A DNA stretch of 63,208 bases, the filler included, from Lenisia limosa (Eukaryota; Protista; Breviatea), in the NCBI GenBank assembly GCA_001655205.1. It is 13 parts of 13 records of this genome, joined end to end, with 100 filler letters (N's around TTAATTAATTAA, not from the genome) between each part and the next. Parts side by side here need not be neighbours in the genome. Positions count along the whole stretch, not along the records: positions 54,965 to 63,208 come from LPNZ01009027.1; 12 more parts are not named here. The stretch is one strand, 5' to 3'. Position 1 is the stretch's first letter; each line of letters opens with the position of its first letter. Of this stretch, positions 60,831 through 63,208 are shown piece by piece. The translations under genes and the position numbers were made by a program. Under the pieces are notes generated by a model. That model worked only from the letters and a program-made list of their open reading frames with translations. It was not told where the DNA came from and did not search any database.

Positions 60831-62825
60831 CTGGAAGATGAAATGATGAAAATGATGAGAAGATTGTCAAAAATATATTATTTTCATACAAAGTCAAGGA
60901 ACTCAAGAACGGTCTCAAACTCAAAAAGAGGACGGGCTTGTTCTGAAAACATCAGCGGATAAAAAGCGAGGAAATAATGAGCTGACGCTAGTATGATGAA
61001 TATCAGGAGGGCCTGANNNNNNNNNNCAAAAATGACATAATGCCTAAAATGGATACTAATACTTAATATATCATTTCTTATTTTAGTATATATATAGTTA
61101 AAACCGCGAACATGATTAAAACCGCGAAAAAAAAAGAAATTATGAGCAAAAAGAAGAAAAAATAGAGGAGATAAAACAATCGAAAAAAAAGATCTTTTGA
61201 TCAGAATCGAACCCGGACGGGGTCACTCAGTTTCCTTAACGCGAAAATATTTTTTGTAACCCCCCTTTTTCAGAATAATAGCATTTTGAGCCCATTAAAG
61301 TGCCCCACTATAGAAACGCAGATTTTTAAGGAGAATTCGAATCTGAAGTCCATTTTTGGAGATAATGTAGTGGTTTTGAGGTATTTTAAGTCAACTTTTG
61401 TTACGGTTTTTCAAGAATTTTCCTTGTACAGGCTCTATAATAGAGCCAATGGACGAAATAGACGTCTGATTAAAGTATATACTGCGTCAATAACCCATTT
61501 ACCGCTCTGGAAAGGCATAAAAGGTAAGAGTCAAATTCGCTTGATTTATTAGCATCTTCTATCACATTTTCGCCCATTTATGGGAAATTTACGCTCATTT
61601 TTTGCCCTATTTGTCTCGTATTCTCTACTTAAATGTCTCTAGGTTACTCATGAGTGGAAAAAATCAAATCTGATGGTGCAAGAACGTCATTACTTTATCG
61701 CAGGGACAATTCTAGGCCCATAATCAGTGTTTTTAATGTATTTCGCATAAANNNNNNNNNNTGTTTTGTATAGTGCAATGTAAGTATGATGTGGTAGGAT
61801 AGACAAAATTGCAAAAATGGCCACTCTCGTGGGTGTTCGATATTTTCTTTTTCGACAATTTTGTCTACAATCAAAAAGAAATCCACACTCATCTGACTTG
61901 CATCTGACTCACACATAAATCACACACATACTCACATACACTTACAACACACATATATGTACATACTCACATAGCCATATAAGCCAACAGAAAAACAGAG
62001 CGCATAATATCTGATCTGANNNNNNNNNNGGAGTGTTTCGGGCGATAATTTGTAAAAAATGCGAAAGAGGCGTACTAGAGACACTTGACAACTGACAACG
62101 GAGAGGAGTTTGATCTCTTGCTGCATTCAACACAGGTATGCAAGTCTGTAGCAACCGGAGTAGTTCCTGGTCTTTCGTTTTGTATAGTGCAATGTATAGT
62201 GTATGACGCAAGTATGACGTGAGTGGGATAGACAAAATTGCAAAAATGGCCACTGTCGTGGATGTTCGATATTTTCTTTTTCGACAATTTCGTCACTCAT
62301 CTGACTTGCATCTGACTCACACATAAATCACACACATACTCACACACTTACAACACACATACATACTCACATAGCCATATAAGCCAACAGAAAAACAGAG
62401 CGCATAATATCTGATCTGAGAATACGATATTGCACTAGGCTGTGGTTGTGATCAGGATGTGATCAGGCAACTCTTCTTTTCCTTCTCCTCTACCTTGAAT
62501 GATGTTGAGAAGCACAGCACCCGGTCAAGGAGTGCGCCCCAATAAGCCAGCAGGAAGAGAAGTGGTAGGAACCCCCTTCATTCAAAACTTGTTTATGTTT
62601 ATAACCCTAGCTTCACCATGTTTATGTTTATAACCCTAGCTTCATCATGTTTTTAACTGCAATTGTCCGTGTTGATATGTTGCTTTTATTTGGATACTCT
62701 TTGTTACTGGAACTTTTTTGAATATCACCACATCAACTGGGTTGATGTTTTTTTTCTTCATGCAACACAGAGAGACACTTATTTCCCTATTGGCACAACC
62801 CAAGGTGTTGATGTGTTGCAACATG

Positions 62826-63058
62826 TGAGGGGATGTTGCTTTTTATCTCCCTTGCCATATCATGTCCACAATGAGGGGTGTTGCCTTCTATCTCCCTTGC
62901 CATATCATGCACACAATGAGGGGTGTTGCTTTCAATCTCCCTTGCCATATCATGCACACAATGAGGGGTCTTTCTATCTCCCTTACCAGATCATGCACAC
63001 AATGAGGGGTGTTGCTTTCTATCTCCCTTGCCATATCATGCACACAATGAGGGGTGAC
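62826..63058. repeat. 45-bp minisatellite (ATGAGGGGTGTTGCTTTCTATCTCCCTTGCCATATCATGCACACA) x about 5
   Basis: Head-to-tail copies, one with a 4-5 nt deletion. Confidence 0.95.
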
Positions 63059-63208
63059 GTTTCAGGCGCGAGAGCCTGAAAGAACGGACTACGATATTCT
63101 TTTGGCAGGTAAGGGGACTCGAATGGTCTTCGCTCGTCAGTCAAACAGGATACTGTTCCCTTCACTTTTTGCCTGTGTATTTTTCAATCCTCTGTGTCTG
63201 TAGATTCA

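Noticed and set aside
60955-61095. Duplication of TRABD intron/exon sequence (matches 57728-57790 and 57870-57930)
   Set aside because: Near-identical fragments separated by an 11-N gap are most likely a misplaced allele or gap-filling artefact. Long reads would be needed to call a real duplication.
61200-61260. tRNA-like T-loop (CCGGGTTCGATTC on the minus strand)
   Set aside because: The T-stem does not pair, and no D-arm or acceptor stem is present.
61752-62420. Tandem duplication of about 270-bp (61752-62019 versus 62178-62420)
   Set aside because: The first copy is bracketed by 10-11 N micro-gaps and differs by small indels, typical of two haplotypes placed side by side by the scaffolder.
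62663-63079. 138-aa ORF with His/Cys repeats
   Set aside because: Its length is explained by the 45-bp minisatellite, the frame shifts mid-array, and there is no splice or homology support.

Overview
Eukaryotic (protist-like) draft genome DNA, not prokaryotic. The window is 13 scaffolds joined by an artificial 100-bp spacer (N44-TTAATTAATTAA-N44), with internal N gaps that often sit next to G/C homopolymer runs. Most genes are intron-rich, with canonical GT-AG introns of about 30-400 nt, so the ORF track captures only exon fragments. I reconstructed exons by hand using phase-consistent joins. Recognisable products are a class I histone deacetylase (HDAC1/RPD3), GPN2 GTPase (3' part), a TraB-domain protein (TRABD), a very large Cys-rich/Ig-like multi-pass membrane protein, a UBA-domain protein, a probable BRO1-domain protein, a probable beta-propeller protein, and a decayed intron-containing pogo/Fot1-type DD35D transposase. 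Introns and intergenic DNA are dense with several non-autonomous TIR (MITE) families, minisatellites, and a strand-biased repeat that appears to supply 3' splice sites. The standout observation is the HDAC gene at 9012-10447. Its coding sequence is intact but split by ten tiny introns (22-35 nt), and about seven of them end in TG (GT-TG) rather than AG. Every other well-reconstructed intact gene in the window uses canonical AG acceptors. All exon models are manual inferences without RNA data.
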